A DNA stretch of 64,000 nt from an uncultured Verrucomicrobiae bacterium (GCA_963806905.1 CAWEAA010000008.1:392447-456446); one strand, 5' to 3'. Counted from the stretch's first letter, positions 53,219-63,716 are shown. The notes: a model not told the origin generated them from the sequence alone. Translations and numbers: made by a program.

Positions 53219-54690
53219 AATCGGTTGCAATCATTGGGGCCGGCATCACGGGGTTGACCGCGGCGTTTTACCTGAGACGCAAGGGCATTCCGGTCACGGT
53301 TTATGAGGCGGGCTGTCGCGTGGGTGGCGTAATTCAATCCATCTGGAAGGATGGCTACCTGGCCGAGTTTGGACCAAATACGATTCTCGAAACGTCGCCG
53401 AAAATCGCTCGACTCATTCGTGACGTCGAGCTGGAATCACGCCGGCTTTATTCCCATTCGAGAGCCGAGGCGCGTTACGTGGTTCGTTACCGGCGCCCGA
53501 TTGACATGCCGGGTTCGCCGCTCGGATTTTTTACAACGGAACTTTTTTCGTTCAAAGCCAAGCTCGCGGTGTTGCGTGAGCCGTTCGTGCCGCGCCGCCG
53601 CGACGGCCGGGAAGAAACCGTCGCGGATTTCGTGAAGCGGCGGCTGAATCAGGAATTTCTCGACCACGCGATTGATGCGCTGGTCGCCGGCGTTTATGCA
53701 GGTGATCCATACAAATTATCCGTTCAACAGGCGCTCCCGAGGCTCGCTGAACTCGAGGCGCGTTACGGTTCGCTCATCAAAGGCCAGATTTTCGGCGCGG
53801 GCGAACGCAAACGGCGCGGGGAAATTGCCAAGGACCGCGCGCCGAAATTTTCGTTCGACGAAGGTTTGCAGGTTCTGCCGGACACGCTCCACCTGCAACT
53901 CGGTGACTCGGTGCGTCTCAACGTATCGGCAACAAAACTCACACAAACCAGTGATGGCTGGACCCTCACACTTTCGGAGGGGCGGGTTCCCGCTGCCGCT
54001 GAAATGGGGGGTTCGCAGAGCTTGACTATCCGGGAATTTGAAGCGGAGCACAGCGCGGTGATTTATTGCGGCACGGCGTACAAATTGGCGGAGTTGCAGA
54101 CAACCCTCACCCGGCCTTCGGCCACCCTCTCCCATCCGATGGGAGAGGGACTGGGTGAGGGCACATCGCTGAATCTGACCGCGTTTTCGGAAATCCGTTA
54201 TCCGCCGGTGGCGAGCGTCGTTTTGGGCTTTCGTCGCGAAGATGTTGCTCACCCTTGCCAGGGCTTCGGGATGTTGATTCCGAAAGTCGAAGGATTTAAT
54301 ATTCTCGGCACGATTTTCTCGTCGTCGCTGTTTCCGAACCGTGCTCCCGCCGGACACCTCACACTCACGAGCTACGTCGGTGGCGAGCGACAGCCGGAAC
54401 TCGCGTTGCTGCCGACGGAAAAACTGGTCGAACTGGCCTGCGAGGATTTGCGTGTCCTGCTTGGGGTGCGCGGGCAGCCGACATTTGTACATTGCGTGGT
54501 TTATCCCAGAGCGATTCCGCAATATAATCTCGGTTACGGTCGTTACCGCGGACTGCTGACGGAAATTGAAAACAGGGTGCCCGGGCTGCTTTTTGCCGGC
54601 CACTATCGCGACGGCGTTTCGCTGGGTGATTCAATTTTGTCGGGTTGCAACATGGTCGGGCGCGTGGAAAAGTTCCTGACCGCCAAATGA
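53215..54690 (+). CDS. hemY: FAD-dependent protoporphyrinogen/coproporphyrinogen oxidase (HemY type)
   Basis: ATG 53215 in ORF 52972-54690. Dinucleotide-binding VAIIGAGITGLTAAFYL. ATGA overlaps on both sides. Contains a palindromic insertion. Confidence 0.85.
   Translation: MKSVAIIGAGITGLTAAFYLRRKGIPVTVYEAGCRVGGVIQSIWKDGYLAEFGPNTILETSPKIARLIRDVELESRRLYSHSRAEARYVVRYRRPIDMPGSPLGFFTTELFSFKAKLAVLREPFVPRRRDGREETVADFVKRRLNQEFLDHAIDALVAGVYAGDPYKLSVQQALPRLAELEARYGSLIKGQIFGAGERKRRGEIAKDRAPKFSFDEGLQVLPDTLHLQLGDSVRLNVSATKLTQTSDGWTLTLSEGRVPAAAEMGGSQSLTIREFEAEHSAVIYCGTAYKLAELQTTLTRPSATLSHPMGEGLGEGTSLNLTAFSEIRYPPVASVVLGFRREDVAHPCQGFGMLIPKVEGFNILGTIFSSSLFPNRAPAGHLTLTSYVGGERQPELALLPTEKLVELACEDLRVLLGVRGQPTFVHCVVYPRAIPQYNLGYGRYRGLLTEIENRVPGLLFAGHYRDGVSLGDSILSGCNMVGRVEKFLTAK
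54104..54161. repeat. nested palindromic REP-like element (type C) inside hemY
   Basis: CCCTCACCC-GGCCTTCGGCCA-CCCTCTCCC-ATCCGAT-GGGAGAGGG-AC-TGGGTGAGGG, translated as LTRPSATLSHPMGEGLGEG. Confidence 0.8.
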
Positions 54691-55697
54691 ACAAGGGCGT
54701 TTTACTGGTCAATCTGGGTTCGCCGGACACGACTGCCGTCGGCGACGTGCGGCATTATCTCCGTGAATTTTTGATGGACGGTCGCGTCATTGACGTCCCA
54801 TGGCCGATGCGGGCGTTCATCGTGGGCATGGTTCTCATCAACCGGCCGAAACAATCCGCCGAGGCCTACGACAAAATCTGGACGCCGGAAGGTTCGCCGC
54901 TCATTGTCACGAGCCGCAGGATCCAGGCGAAATTACGGGAGCGGGTCACCGTGCCGGTGGAACTGGCGATGCGATACCGGAATCCATCAATTCGGGAAGC
55001 GGTGCGCAAGCTGGCGGAGGAGAAGGTTGACGAGGTTCTGCTGATTCCCTTGTTTCCGCACTACGCCATGTCGAGCTACGAGACGGCCGTCGAACGGGTG
55101 AAGAAGGTCGCGGCCTGGGCCGCGCCCAGGATGCGAATTGAGGTTCAGCCGCCTTATGGTGACGCGCCGGATTACATTGCGGCGCTCGCGGCCAGCGCCA
55201 GGAACCATCTGGAGACGGGCTACGACCACTTGCTGTTTAGTTTTCACGGTGTGCCGGTGCGGCATCTCAGGAAATCCGACCCGACCGGCCGCCATTGTTT
55301 GACAGCGGTGAACTGCTGCAACATGCCCAGCCCGGCGCACGCGACGTGTTACCGTGCGCAATGTTTCAAGACCGCTGCCGCTTTCGTGAAGCAAGCGGGC
55401 GTGCCCGCTGGAAAATATTCCGTGTCGTTTCAATCCCGGCTGGGCCGCGACCTGTGGCTGATGCCTTACACGGATGCGGTGCTGGCCGAATTGCCCAGGC
55501 GCGAAATTAAAAAGCTCCTGGTCATCTGCCCGGCGTTTGTTTCCGATTGTCTGGAGACGCTGGAGGAAATCGGCATTCGCGGGCGCGCGACATTTATGTC
55601 GGCGGGCGGGAAGGAATTCGCGCTCGTTCCGTGTTTGAACGAACACCCGCGCTGGCTCGCGGCACTGGAAAATATGGTCCGGCGATTTTTGTCCTGA
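54687..55697 (+). CDS. hemH: ferrochelatase
   Basis: ATG 54687 in ORF 54645-55697; GVLLVNLGSPD start, LFPHYAMSSYET, SFHGVP. Confidence 0.9.
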   Translation: MNKGVLLVNLGSPDTTAVGDVRHYLREFLMDGRVIDVPWPMRAFIVGMVLINRPKQSAEAYDKIWTPEGSPLIVTSRRIQAKLRERVTVPVELAMRYRNPSIREAVRKLAEEKVDEVLLIPLFPHYAMSSYETAVERVKKVAAWAAPRMRIEVQPPYGDAPDYIAALAASARNHLETGYDHLLFSFHGVPVRHLRKSDPTGRHCLTAVNCCNMPSPAHATCYRAQCFKTAAAFVKQAGVPAGKYSVSFQSRLGRDLWLMPYTDAVLAELPRREIKKLLVICPAFVSDCLETLEEIGIRGRATFMSAGGKEFALVPCLNEHPRWLAALENMVRRFLS

Positions 55698-55716
55698 ATG
55701 GGCGGCTGATTCCTTC

Positions 55717-56322
55717 TTATTTGGAAAGGCCGAGGAAATGAGCCAATCGCAATTTCACCGTGCGATGCAGCGCTTGAAAGACCCGTTTTTTCTTCGGCGG
55801 CTCGACGACACTGATGAGTTCACACGGGTGGCTGCAAAACAGGCAAAGGAACAGCGGCCGACCACCTTTGAGGCGCACCGTGTGGACACAACTTCCGCAC
55901 ATGACTTCGCCGCAATGCGTGCATTTATACGTGACCTGGAGGTGTGGGTGACGCGCGCACAACATGACGCCACCCGGGAGCACCACCGGCGGTTTCGGGC
56001 GTTCGTGCTCATATTGAGGGATGGCGATGGCGATGTCGGTGTTTTCGACGAACAATTTCACCTCGCCCAGTTGCACGGTCTGGCCCGCTCGCAACCAGGC
56101 GTCCTTGATTCCCTCGCCGTTGACGAATGTGCCGTTGGTCGAGTCGCAATCGTGAATCAGCACGCCGTCGTTGGACAGCACCAGTTCGCAGTGCAACGCC
56201 GACACGCTGGGGTGGGCGATGGGAAAATCACAATCCGGATCGCGGCCAATGTGATTGACGCCGAAACGAAGCTCCAGCGTCTGGTTTTCCAAACCGTCCG
56301 TTTTGATGAGCAGTCTGGCCAT
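55717..56322 (-). CDS. FHA-domain protein with C-terminal Cys-rich zinc-ribbon/B-box-like module
   Basis: 201 aa. FHA pattern (HIGRDPDCDFPI...VSALHCEL...DCDSTNGTFVNGEGI). C-terminal CARHP...CTHCGEVMCGSCVH...CLFCSHPC. Confidence 0.75.
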   Translation of the reverse strand: MARLLIKTDGLENQTLELRFGVNHIGRDPDCDFPIAHPSVSALHCELVLSNDGVLIHDCDSTNGTFVNGEGIKDAWLRAGQTVQLGEVKLFVENTDIAIAIPQYEHERPKPPVVLPGGVMLCARHPHLQVTYKCTHCGEVMCGSCVHTVRLKGGRPLFLCLFCSHPCELISVVEPPKKKRVFQALHRTVKLRLAHFLGLSK

Positions 56323-56427
56323 GTGACCTCCGAACTATTTGATCTAAAAGCAACCTGCACGTTTGGGAAACAAATGTCGAGAAGAAAATGTAATTCCGCG
56401 GCCGGCCGCACCGCCCGGACACGGCCC

Positions 56428-56793
56428 CTATCGCCCGCGCGGGTTTTTTGCAAACATGAATTCTTTAACGATTTTTCCGCCAATCAGGTGTTCCTGAATG
56501 ATGCGCTCCAGCGTTTCCGGCGCGCAGGAATGATACCAGACACCTTCAGGGTAAACGACCGCAATCGGCCCGCGCAGGCAGACGCGCAGGCAATTGGCCT
56601 TGGTGCGATAAACCAGCGGCTCCGGTCCAGCCAGATTCAATTCCTTCAGCCGCCGTTTCAAAAATTCCCACGCGGCCAGCCCCTGTTCCTTCGCGCAACA
56701 TTTCGGTTCGGTCTGGTCGGCACACAGAAAAATGTGGCGCCGGAATTTTTCAAGGCCGAGCGTTTCGACGGCGGTTTGCAGTTCGCTTTTCAT
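56428..56793 (-). CDS. thioredoxin-like [2Fe-2S] ferredoxin-domain protein
   Basis: 121 aa; Cys pattern [14 protein letters not shown] ... ANCLRVC and overall similarity to (2Fe-2S) ferredoxin-domain proteins. Confidence 0.65.
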   Translation of the reverse strand: MKSELQTAVETLGLEKFRRHIFLCADQTEPKCCAKEQGLAAWEFLKRRLKELNLAGPEPLVYRTKANCLRVCLRGPIAVVYPEGVWYHSCAPETLERIIQEHLIGGKIVKEFMFAKNPRGR

Positions 56794-56877
56794 AAAATTC
56801 GTCCTCGTCCTCGATCATTCAGTTGCGAGCACAAACCGGAGCACGAGGACGAATGGAAGTTTGTTTTCCAAAATGAT

Positions 56878-57795
56878 TCAATGCCAAAACGCCAGGCCGA
56901 TCACACCCGCGATGGCGACGAAACCGCCGCCGAGTTCGCGGGCCATGATTCTTTCGCCTTCGAACACGCGTGCCAGCGGCAGCATGACGATGGGCGTCAT
57001 GGCGATGATGGCAGTGACGATGCCGGTGGGCGTGGTTTCGAGCGCCCATTGCATGCAACTCACGCCGACCGTCTGGCCGGCGAGGCTGTTGGCCAGCACC
57101 CACAGCCAGAGCCTTGATTTTTCGCGCGGAGAAAATGAATCCTTCATTTGCGCGTCGTCGCCGCGTTTGCGGGCGTGCCGCCATTTGACAATCAAAAAAA
57201 CGAGGCCCAGCGCGACCGCGCCGCCAATGACGCGCTGGTAGCCGGTCGTGCCGGGATCAGGATGTTCGCCGGCCGCGTGCGCGACGGCATAGGCTTTGCG
57301 GCTCAGGACCGCGCCGAGTGCGCCGCCAATCGCGGCGATGGCGCTCGCCAGGATCCCGGGCCACAGGCGGGCCGGCGCAATTTTCAAATGGTCGCCCGGC
57401 GCCATCGCGATGGCCACACCGGCGAGAATGACCGCAATGAAAAAAATTTCCGCGAGATTCAATTTGGTCCCGAGCCAGAGCCATTCAATCATCGCGGCGC
57501 AAGGCGCGACGAGGCATTGCGTGAGCAGAACCGTCCGGCGGCTGCCGAGCCGCGGCAAGGCCTGAAAATACGCCGTGTCGCCAAGGCCGATGCCGGCGAG
57601 CCCGCTCAAAACGAAGATGGGAAACGCGGCGCCGGTTGTGCCCGTGCCGAGAAGGTTCGCCCAGACTGCCAGGAAAAGAAACGCGACACAGATGCGCCAG
57701 AAATTGGCCTCGACACCGCCCAGCCGCGTGGCGGTGCGATGCCCGCAAATGGCGGACATGGCAAACAGCAGCGTGGTCAGGAGCGCGGCAAACAT
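56878..57795 (-). CDS. DMT-superfamily (EamA-like) transporter
   Basis: 305 aa, about 10 hydrophobic spans in two halves. Confidence 0.75.
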   Translation of the reverse strand: MFAALLTTLLFAMSAICGHRTATRLGGVEANFWRICVAFLFLAVWANLLGTGTTGAAFPIFVLSGLAGIGLGDTAYFQALPRLGSRRTVLLTQCLVAPCAAMIEWLWLGTKLNLAEIFFIAVILAGVAIAMAPGDHLKIAPARLWPGILASAIAAIGGALGAVLSRKAYAVAHAAGEHPDPGTTGYQRVIGGAVALGLVFLIVKWRHARKRGDDAQMKDSFSPREKSRLWLWVLANSLAGQTVGVSCMQWALETTPTGIVTAIIAMTPIVMLPLARVFEGERIMARELGGGFVAIAGVIGLAFWH

Positions 57796-57864
57796 GACGG
57801 ATACGGACGGAAAAAGTTTGACGCGGCAATTTTCATGATGCCGCGGCGAAGCCGGAACGAGTGA

Positions 57865-58191
57865 TTACAGTTGTTCGTAATAGTCGTCCGAGCCGAGTTC
57901 GTTCGCGCCTTCGGCTTCAACGCCGCTTTCCTTCAGGATTTTGGCGATGTCGGGCGAGACCCAGCGTTTGTCCTTTCCCTTTCTGCCAACGGGCTTGACG
58001 CGGTAACGGCCCAAGGCGTCGCTTTGGAGGATGCCGCGTTCAGTCATGCGCACCAGCAACGGCTTGGCCCACTCGGGGTCTTCGTGAAACTTCCTTTTGC
58101 CACCCGCGCGCCGGGCAATTTCCACGGCATTGACAAAATCTTCGCCCCGGCTCTTCAGAAATTGAAAAATTTCACGCTCGTCTCCATCCAT
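57865..58191 (-). CDS. hypothetical small protein, winged-helix-like N-terminus
   Basis: 108 aa (EREIFQFLKSRGEDFVNAVEIARRAGG...); no family recognised. Confidence 0.45.
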   Translation of the reverse strand: MDGDEREIFQFLKSRGEDFVNAVEIARRAGGKRKFHEDPEWAKPLLVRMTERGILQSDALGRYRVKPVGRKGKDKRWVSPDIAKILKESGVEAEGANELGSDDYYEQL

Positions 58192-58230
58192 GTCCTGAAT
58201 TTCGCAGAGTCCAGCGCGCGAGTCCAGAAC

Positions 58231-59229
58231 TTAAAGCTTCGCCGCGACGAACTGTTCCAGTTTCAGCGCGTCGGCGTTGAACAGCCGGATGCCCTCGGCG
58301 GTTTTTTCCGTGGCCATCGCGTTTTCATTGAACAGCCAGCGGAATTTCTTTTCGTCCAGCTGCAACCGCTCGATTTTGCTGTCGCGTGCCAGTTCGGGAC
58401 TGAGTTTGCGCCCAACCAGCGCGGTGCTTTTTTTCAATTCACCCATCAGTTGCGGACTGATGGTCAGCAAATCGCAACCAGCCAGTTCGAGTATTTCGCC
58501 CGCGTTGCGGAAACTTGCGCCCATGACCTCCGTCGCGTGCCCGAACTTTTTGTAGTAACCGTAAATTTCCCTCACCGACAGCACGCCGGGGTCTTCAGCC
58601 GGGGCAAAATCCTTTTTCTCTTTGGCCTTGTACCAGTCCATGATCCGTCCCACGAACGGTGAAATCAATCTGGCCTTTGCCTCGGCGCACGCGACGGCCT
58701 GCGCCAGCGAGAACAACAGCGTCATGTTGCAGTTGATGCCCTCGCGCTGGAGCACTTCCGCCGCGCGCGCGCCTTCCCATGTCGTCGCGATTTTGATGAG
58801 GACGCGCTCGCGCCCGATGCCGTGCGCCCGGTAAAGCTCGATGAACCGGCGCGCCTTGTTGATCAGGCCTTCGGTGTCAAAGGCCAGATTGGCATCCGTC
58901 TCGGTCGAAACGCGGCCGGGCACGATTTTCAGGATCTCGACGCCGAACAGCACCAGCAAATCATCCATGACGCTCCGCAACAATTTTTCACCGCTGGCGC
59001 CGGATTTCTTGTTTTCGGCAATGGCCTTGTCCACGAGGTACCGATATTCCGGCATCTGCGCGGCCTTGAAGATGAGCGAGGGATTGGTCGTGGCGTCCTG
59101 CGGCGCGTATTGTTTGAGCGCGGCAAAGTCACCGGTGTCGGCGACCACCGTCGTCATTTTTTTCAGCTGGTCGAGCTGGCTCAAAGCCGTTGACGCCGGC
59201 GCCTTTTCGGTTGCGATGGCAGCATTCAT
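58231..59229 (-). CDS. tal: transaldolase
   Basis: ATG 59229 in ORF 58231-59301; [18 protein letters not shown] and the Schiff-base Lys region [10 protein letters not shown]. Confidence 0.9.
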   Translation of the reverse strand: MNAAIATEKAPASTALSQLDQLKKMTTVVADTGDFAALKQYAPQDATTNPSLIFKAAQMPEYRYLVDKAIAENKKSGASGEKLLRSVMDDLLVLFGVEILKIVPGRVSTETDANLAFDTEGLINKARRFIELYRAHGIGRERVLIKIATTWEGARAAEVLQREGINCNMTLLFSLAQAVACAEAKARLISPFVGRIMDWYKAKEKKDFAPAEDPGVLSVREIYGYYKKFGHATEVMGASFRNAGEILELAGCDLLTISPQLMGELKKSTALVGRKLSPELARDSKIERLQLDEKKFRWLFNENAMATEKTAEGIRLFNADALKLEQFVAAKL

Positions 59230-59380
59230 ATTCGTTTGATTTTTAAGAGTGACAACGATGCCCCGCCCCGCGTTCGATGGCAATTCATTTGAACGGACCA
59301 CCGGGACCGAAAATTATTGTTTGAATCGCGGCGAAAACCGAATACTTGTTTGGCGTTGACAGTTTAATGATGAGCCAAAA

Positions 59381-60662
59381 GTGAAACCAACCGACCTGCG
59401 GGGCATCCTGCAATATATTCCGCAATTTCGCGAGAAGACGTTCATTCTCGCGATTGACGGTGCGATTGTCACCGACGAAAACTTCGCCACGTTGCTGCTG
59501 GACGTGGCGGTGTTGCGCTCGTTGAACATCCGCGTCGTGCTCGTCCACGGCGCGTCGGCGCAAATCAAGGCGCTTGCCGAGGAGCAAAAAATCCAACCGT
59601 CCAATCTCGACGGCTCCGGCGTGACGGACGCAGCCACGCTCCAGCTCGCGCTGACGGCCGCGAACCGGCTCACGCACGAGATTCTCGAAGGCCTTTCGGC
59701 CAACGACCTCCGCGCGGCCAGCACGAACGTCATCATCGCCCACCCGATGGGCATCATCCAGGGCGTGGACCATCTGTTCACCGGCAAGGTCGAGCGCGTG
59801 GACGTGGAACTGCTCCAAACGCTGCTCGCGCAGGGCGTCGTGCCGGTCATCCCGCCGCTCGGATTTGACGGGGACGGCAGAACGTATCGCGTGAATTCGG
59901 ACGGGGTCGCGGTCGCGGTGGCCGACGCGCTGAAAGCCATCAAGTTGATTTTCATCACGCCGCAGGACGGCATTCTCGTGCAGGGCCGGCTCATCCGCCA
60001 AATGCTGGTGGCCGACCTTGAGTCCGTTCTCGCCCTGCAAAAAAACGACATCGCACCGGAACATCTTTCCAAGGTGTTGCACGCCGTCGCGGCCTGCAAG
60101 GCCGGCGTGCCGCGCGTGCACATCATCAACGGCGCGCGTGGACGAAGGGCTGCTGGCCGAGGTGTTTTCCAATGACGGCATCGGCACGCTCATCTACGCC
60201 AATGAGTATCAGCAGATCCGCCGAGCGATGAAGAAGGACGTGCGGGCCATCCAGTTGCTGACGAAGGCGGCGGTCGAGTCGGATGAATTGCTCAAGCGCA
60301 CCCGCGCGGCCATTGAAAAAAGTCTCGGCGACTATTTCATTTTTGAGATTGATAAAAACCCGGTCGCGTGCGTCGCGTTGCACGTTTATCCCGAACAGAA
60401 AAAGGGCGAGCTGGCATGCCTTTACGTCAATCCCCTGCACGAAAACCGGGGCATCGGGCGCAAGCTGATTCAATACGTCGAAAACAAGGCGCGGGAGATG
60501 AACCTGACCGAGCTCCTCACGCTCTCGACGCAGGCGTTCACGTATTTTCAATCCAAAGCCGGTTTTGCCGAGGGCACGCCCGACGATTTGCCGCCCGCGC
60601 GCCGCGAGAAATACGAGCAAAGCGGAAGAAATTCCAAGGTGCTTGTGAAGAAGTTGAAATAA
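59381..60662 (+). pseudogene. argA: amino-acid N-acetyltransferase (acetylglutamate-kinase-like domain + GNAT), interrupted by a frameshift (or assembly error)
   Basis: ORF 59381-60175 (AAK fold: FILAIDGAIV, VLVHGAS) and ORF 60018-60662 (VDEGLLAEVFSNDGIGTLIY, then GNAT with RGIGRKL) join at the GCGCGCG tract 60132-60138. Either +1 or -2 nt restores VHIINGA(R)VDEGLL. Confidence 0.8.
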
Positions 60663-61490
60663 ATGTTCCGGGCCGCATTTCCATGCTCGAGCTGGCTTCA
60701 ATTATTCATAATTTCAATTTTGGTCTCCCGCGCCGGTGCGGACGAATCAACGAATATATTTACAAGACCCATTGAAGAACTTTTCAAAACGGATGTGGTC
60801 TATCCGGAAGAAAAAGGAGAATTTCAGTTTGAATTGGCTCCAACTTTTCAGCGCGCCGCAGGCGGGGATACCTGGACGGTTCCCCTTTCCATGGAATACG
60901 GTCTCACTTCCAGGTGGCAGGCGGAAGCAGAATGGAACGCATTTGTTCAACACCATCCCACACGCGGTTCCACAACCCATGGCATTGGTGATTTGGAGCT
61001 GGGAACTCAATACAGTTTTCTCAACGTCAGCGGCTCTTTATTTCATGTTGCGCCGCGTTTTTCCGTTGAATTTCCGTTGGGTGACGTGAACAAGGATTTG
61101 TCGGAGGGATTCATCGAATATGAGCCTGCCGTGATTGTGGCGCGGGATTTTCCACGGTTTCATAACGCGCAGTTATTTACCGAAGTGGAATTCAATCTTG
61201 TGCAGCGCTTGGAAACTCCATCCGATCCCGATGAAAGAGAGCCTGCCGCTGATGAATTGGATTGGAACGCGGGATTTTTCGTTCCATTTTCACGCGGCGC
61301 AATCTCGATGGAATTTAATTGGGACAACAACCAATGGAACAATCACGGCAACGAAAATGTGATGTATCTTACGCCCGGGGTGATTTGGAAATTGTCCGGC
61401 AACGTGGAAGTTGGCGCCGGCATTCCCGTCGGTTTGAATGGGGACTCCGATCGTTTTGGTATCATCACCCATTTGATCGTGGAGTTTTAG
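60663..61490 (+). CDS. outer-membrane beta-barrel protein (MetA-pathway/transporter-like, hypothetical)
   Basis: 275 aa with a signal peptide. Alternating amphipathic beta-strand pattern and a C-terminal aromatic residue (LIVEF). Confidence 0.55.
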   Translation: MFRAAFPCSSWLQLFIISILVSRAGADESTNIFTRPIEELFKTDVVYPEEKGEFQFELAPTFQRAAGGDTWTVPLSMEYGLTSRWQAEAEWNAFVQHHPTRGSTTHGIGDLELGTQYSFLNVSGSLFHVAPRFSVEFPLGDVNKDLSEGFIEYEPAVIVARDFPRFHNAQLFTEVEFNLVQRLETPSDPDEREPAADELDWNAGFFVPFSRGAISMEFNWDNNQWNNHGNENVMYLTPGVIWKLSGNVEVGAGIPVGLNGDSDRFGIITHLIVEF

Positions 61491-61491
61491 A

Positions 61492-62100
61492 ATGTCACGA
61501 TTCAAAAACTGTTTGTCGGATTTTTTCTGCGCTTGCGAAAAATATGGCGTCGTGCCGGCTCAATTTATTCTTGTTGTCAACGCCGCGGAACAAACCGTTT
61601 CACTTTTTGAAGGAACTGTAGCGGCGGTCTATGACTGTCGCTCAAAGAAAAAAACGCATTCGAATTTACCGGCGGTCACAGACCGCCGGTACAGGTTTGT
61701 AAAAAGATTCCGCTGCTCGACTTCGCGTTTTGGCATCGGTCAGAACGCCGGCTCGAATTGCACACCGCTCGGTTTGCATCGCATCGCGGAAAAAATTGGC
61801 GGTGGCTGGCCGGTCGGAACCGTTTTCGAAAGCCGCAAACCCATGGGCTACACCTGGCGGGGGATGCCGGACGCAAAAATCACCACACGCATCCTGTGGC
61901 TCGAAGGACTCGAACCCGGCCTCAATCGCGGCGGCAATGTGGATTCGCACGCGCGCTACATTTACATTCACGGCACGGGCGATGAGACGACGATTGGCCG
62001 TCCGGCGTCGTGCGGTTGCATTCACCTGGCCGCCAATGATTTGGTTCCGCTCTTCGATTTGCTGCCTGTTGGTACGCTCGTTTGGATTTCCGAAAATTGA
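61492..62100 (+). CDS. L,D-transpeptidase (YkuD) family protein
   Basis: 202 aa; catalytic region IYIHGTGDETTIGRPASCGCIHL (HG ... S-x-G-C-I-[RH]). Confidence 0.75.
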   Translation: MSRFKNCLSDFFCACEKYGVVPAQFILVVNAAEQTVSLFEGTVAAVYDCRSKKKTHSNLPAVTDRRYRFVKRFRCSTSRFGIGQNAGSNCTPLGLHRIAEKIGGGWPVGTVFESRKPMGYTWRGMPDAKITTRILWLEGLEPGLNRGGNVDSHARYIYIHGTGDETTIGRPASCGCIHLAANDLVPLFDLLPVGTLVWISEN

Positions 62101-62136
62101 TTCGTAAATCGCAAATCGAACATCATAAATTCAATC

Positions 62137-62162
62137 GGAGCCTCGTTACCTCGGCTGCTACA
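62137..62162 (-). repeat. REP-like singlet of the 38050-type
   Basis: The minus strand reads TGTAGCAGCCGAGGTAACGAGGCTCC; compare GTAGGAGACGAGGTAACGAGTCTC at 38134. Confidence 0.6.
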
Positions 62163-62179
62163 AACAATTATTTGCGCTT

Positions 62180-62593
62180 GTGATTTGGCAAATGTGGCTT
62201 AAGTTGCCTCCTGTGTTCGTCAGGTTCTGCAAAATTTTTGTGGTGGTTGCGCTCATCGCAAGCACTGGCGCGCATTGGGCCGTGCTGCAATCGGTGGCGT
62301 GGACGGCGATGCTGGCGAACAACCTGCGCACGCACTCGCTCTCCGAATCCGTGGCCCGCACATTTGACGGCAAATATCCCTGCCCGATTTGCAAGGCCAT
62401 CGCCGCCGCCAAAAAATCTGAAAAGAAAAACGACTTCGTGCTGCAAACACAGAAGCTGGAATTTCCCCTCGCGAAAGAAAATCCGGTTTCGTTTGCGCCT
62501 TCAGATTTTCGACTTATGCCGCAGATGAATTTCTTTGCCGAATCTCTCACTCAAAAGCCGCTGACACCGCCACCGCGCGGTTTCTTCGTTTGA
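62180..62593 (+). CDS. hypothetical membrane protein with CPxC motif
   Basis: 137 aa (GTG 62180, or ATG 62192). One or two N-terminal TM helices. YPCPICKAIAAAKK. Confidence 0.45.
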   Translation: MIWQMWLKLPPVFVRFCKIFVVVALIASTGAHWAVLQSVAWTAMLANNLRTHSLSESVARTFDGKYPCPICKAIAAAKKSEKKNDFVLQTQKLEFPLAKENPVSFAPSDFRLMPQMNFFAESLTQKPLTPPPRGFFV

Positions 62594-62600
62594 TTCAATC

Positions 62601-62657
62601 GGGAGGGGCGGCGTGTCGCCGTCCCCAATAAGTGGGTCGGCAAAATGCCAACCCTCA
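62601..62657. repeat. double-hairpin REP-like element (type B), second copy
   Basis: GGGAGGGGCGGCG-TGT-CGCCGTCCCC ... GGGTCGGCA-AAA-TGCCAACCCTCAC; compare 21189-21251. Confidence 0.7.
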
Positions 62658-62718
62658 CAAAATGTTCCCTTTATCTTTGAGAGCGCCTTACACGTTCTCG
62701 CAACTTTGAAATTTGAAA

Positions 62719-63693
62719 ATGAAAAATAAAAAAATTAATTCAGCAGCGGTAAAAATGGGTTGTGGTTTGTTGGCCGGAGTGCTCGCACCAGGTGTGGTTC
62801 ACGCTTGCGCCTGCGGGTGCGGTGTTTTTGACGTGGCGACGAGTTCGATGCTTCCCAATGGCCCGGGCGGAATGGCCTGGTTGCAATATGACTATCAGGA
62901 CCAGAACCATAATTGGAACGGGACTTCACAAGGGCTGGGGGGGATCAATGGCGACAAGGAAATTGAGACGCACTTCATCACCGCCGGTTTCCAGTATGTG
63001 TTCAATGACAATTGGGGTCTTAAGGTTGAAGTGCCTTATGACTATCGCAAATTTACAACCGTTTCTAACAATCAAAATCCAAGCCTTCCAAACTATGGCA
63101 ATCAAACCGCAACCGTAAACTGGGGCGCGCTGGGCGACATCAGGCTGGAAGGCATTTACACGGGATTTTTTGCGGACATGTCCGCAGGTGTGACATTCGG
63201 CGTCAAGTTGCCGACCGGTGACTGGACTTACAACAATGCGTATGGCGACGTTGACCGCGACAGCGAAATCGGCAGCGGCAGCACGGACATTTTGCTGGGC
63301 GGTTTTTATCGCGGCAATCTGGACCGCGATCAAAAATGGGACTGGTTCGCGCAATTGCAACTGGATGTGCCGGTGCTGACTCAAGCAGAATATCGTCCGG
63401 GCGTCGAACTCGATACGGCGGCGGGAATTGATTACAAGGGGTTCTCGCTCGGTCGCGCAAGGATTTCACCGCTGGCGCAGGTAATCTTTTCTGAGCGGAC
63501 CGGTGACATCGGTGAAGCCGCCAATCCCGACAACTCCGGTTACCAGCGCATCCTGCTTTCACCGGGCATCGAGTTTCACATTCATCCGGTGATGATTTAT
63601 GCGGACGCGGAATTTCCCGTTTATCAAAATTTCACCGGCAATCAACTGGCCGCGCCGGTGCTTTTCAAACTGAGCGTGAGCTACATGTTTTGA
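62719..63693 (+). CDS. outer-membrane beta-barrel protein (hypothetical)
   Basis: ATG 62719 (the ORF track uses TTG 62713). Signal peptide, Cys-rich stretch ACACGCGVFD, beta-strand periodicity, C-terminal SVSYMF. Confidence 0.55.
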   Translation: MKNKKINSAAVKMGCGLLAGVLAPGVVHACACGCGVFDVATSSMLPNGPGGMAWLQYDYQDQNHNWNGTSQGLGGINGDKEIETHFITAGFQYVFNDNWGLKVEVPYDYRKFTTVSNNQNPSLPNYGNQTATVNWGALGDIRLEGIYTGFFADMSAGVTFGVKLPTGDWTYNNAYGDVDRDSEIGSGSTDILLGGFYRGNLDRDQKWDWFAQLQLDVPVLTQAEYRPGVELDTAAGIDYKGFSLGRARISPLAQVIFSERTGDIGEAANPDNSGYQRILLSPGIEFHIHPVMIYADAEFPVYQNFTGNQLAAPVLFKLSVSYMF

Positions 63694-63716
63694 TTTTATC
63701 CCAACCAAAACAAAAT

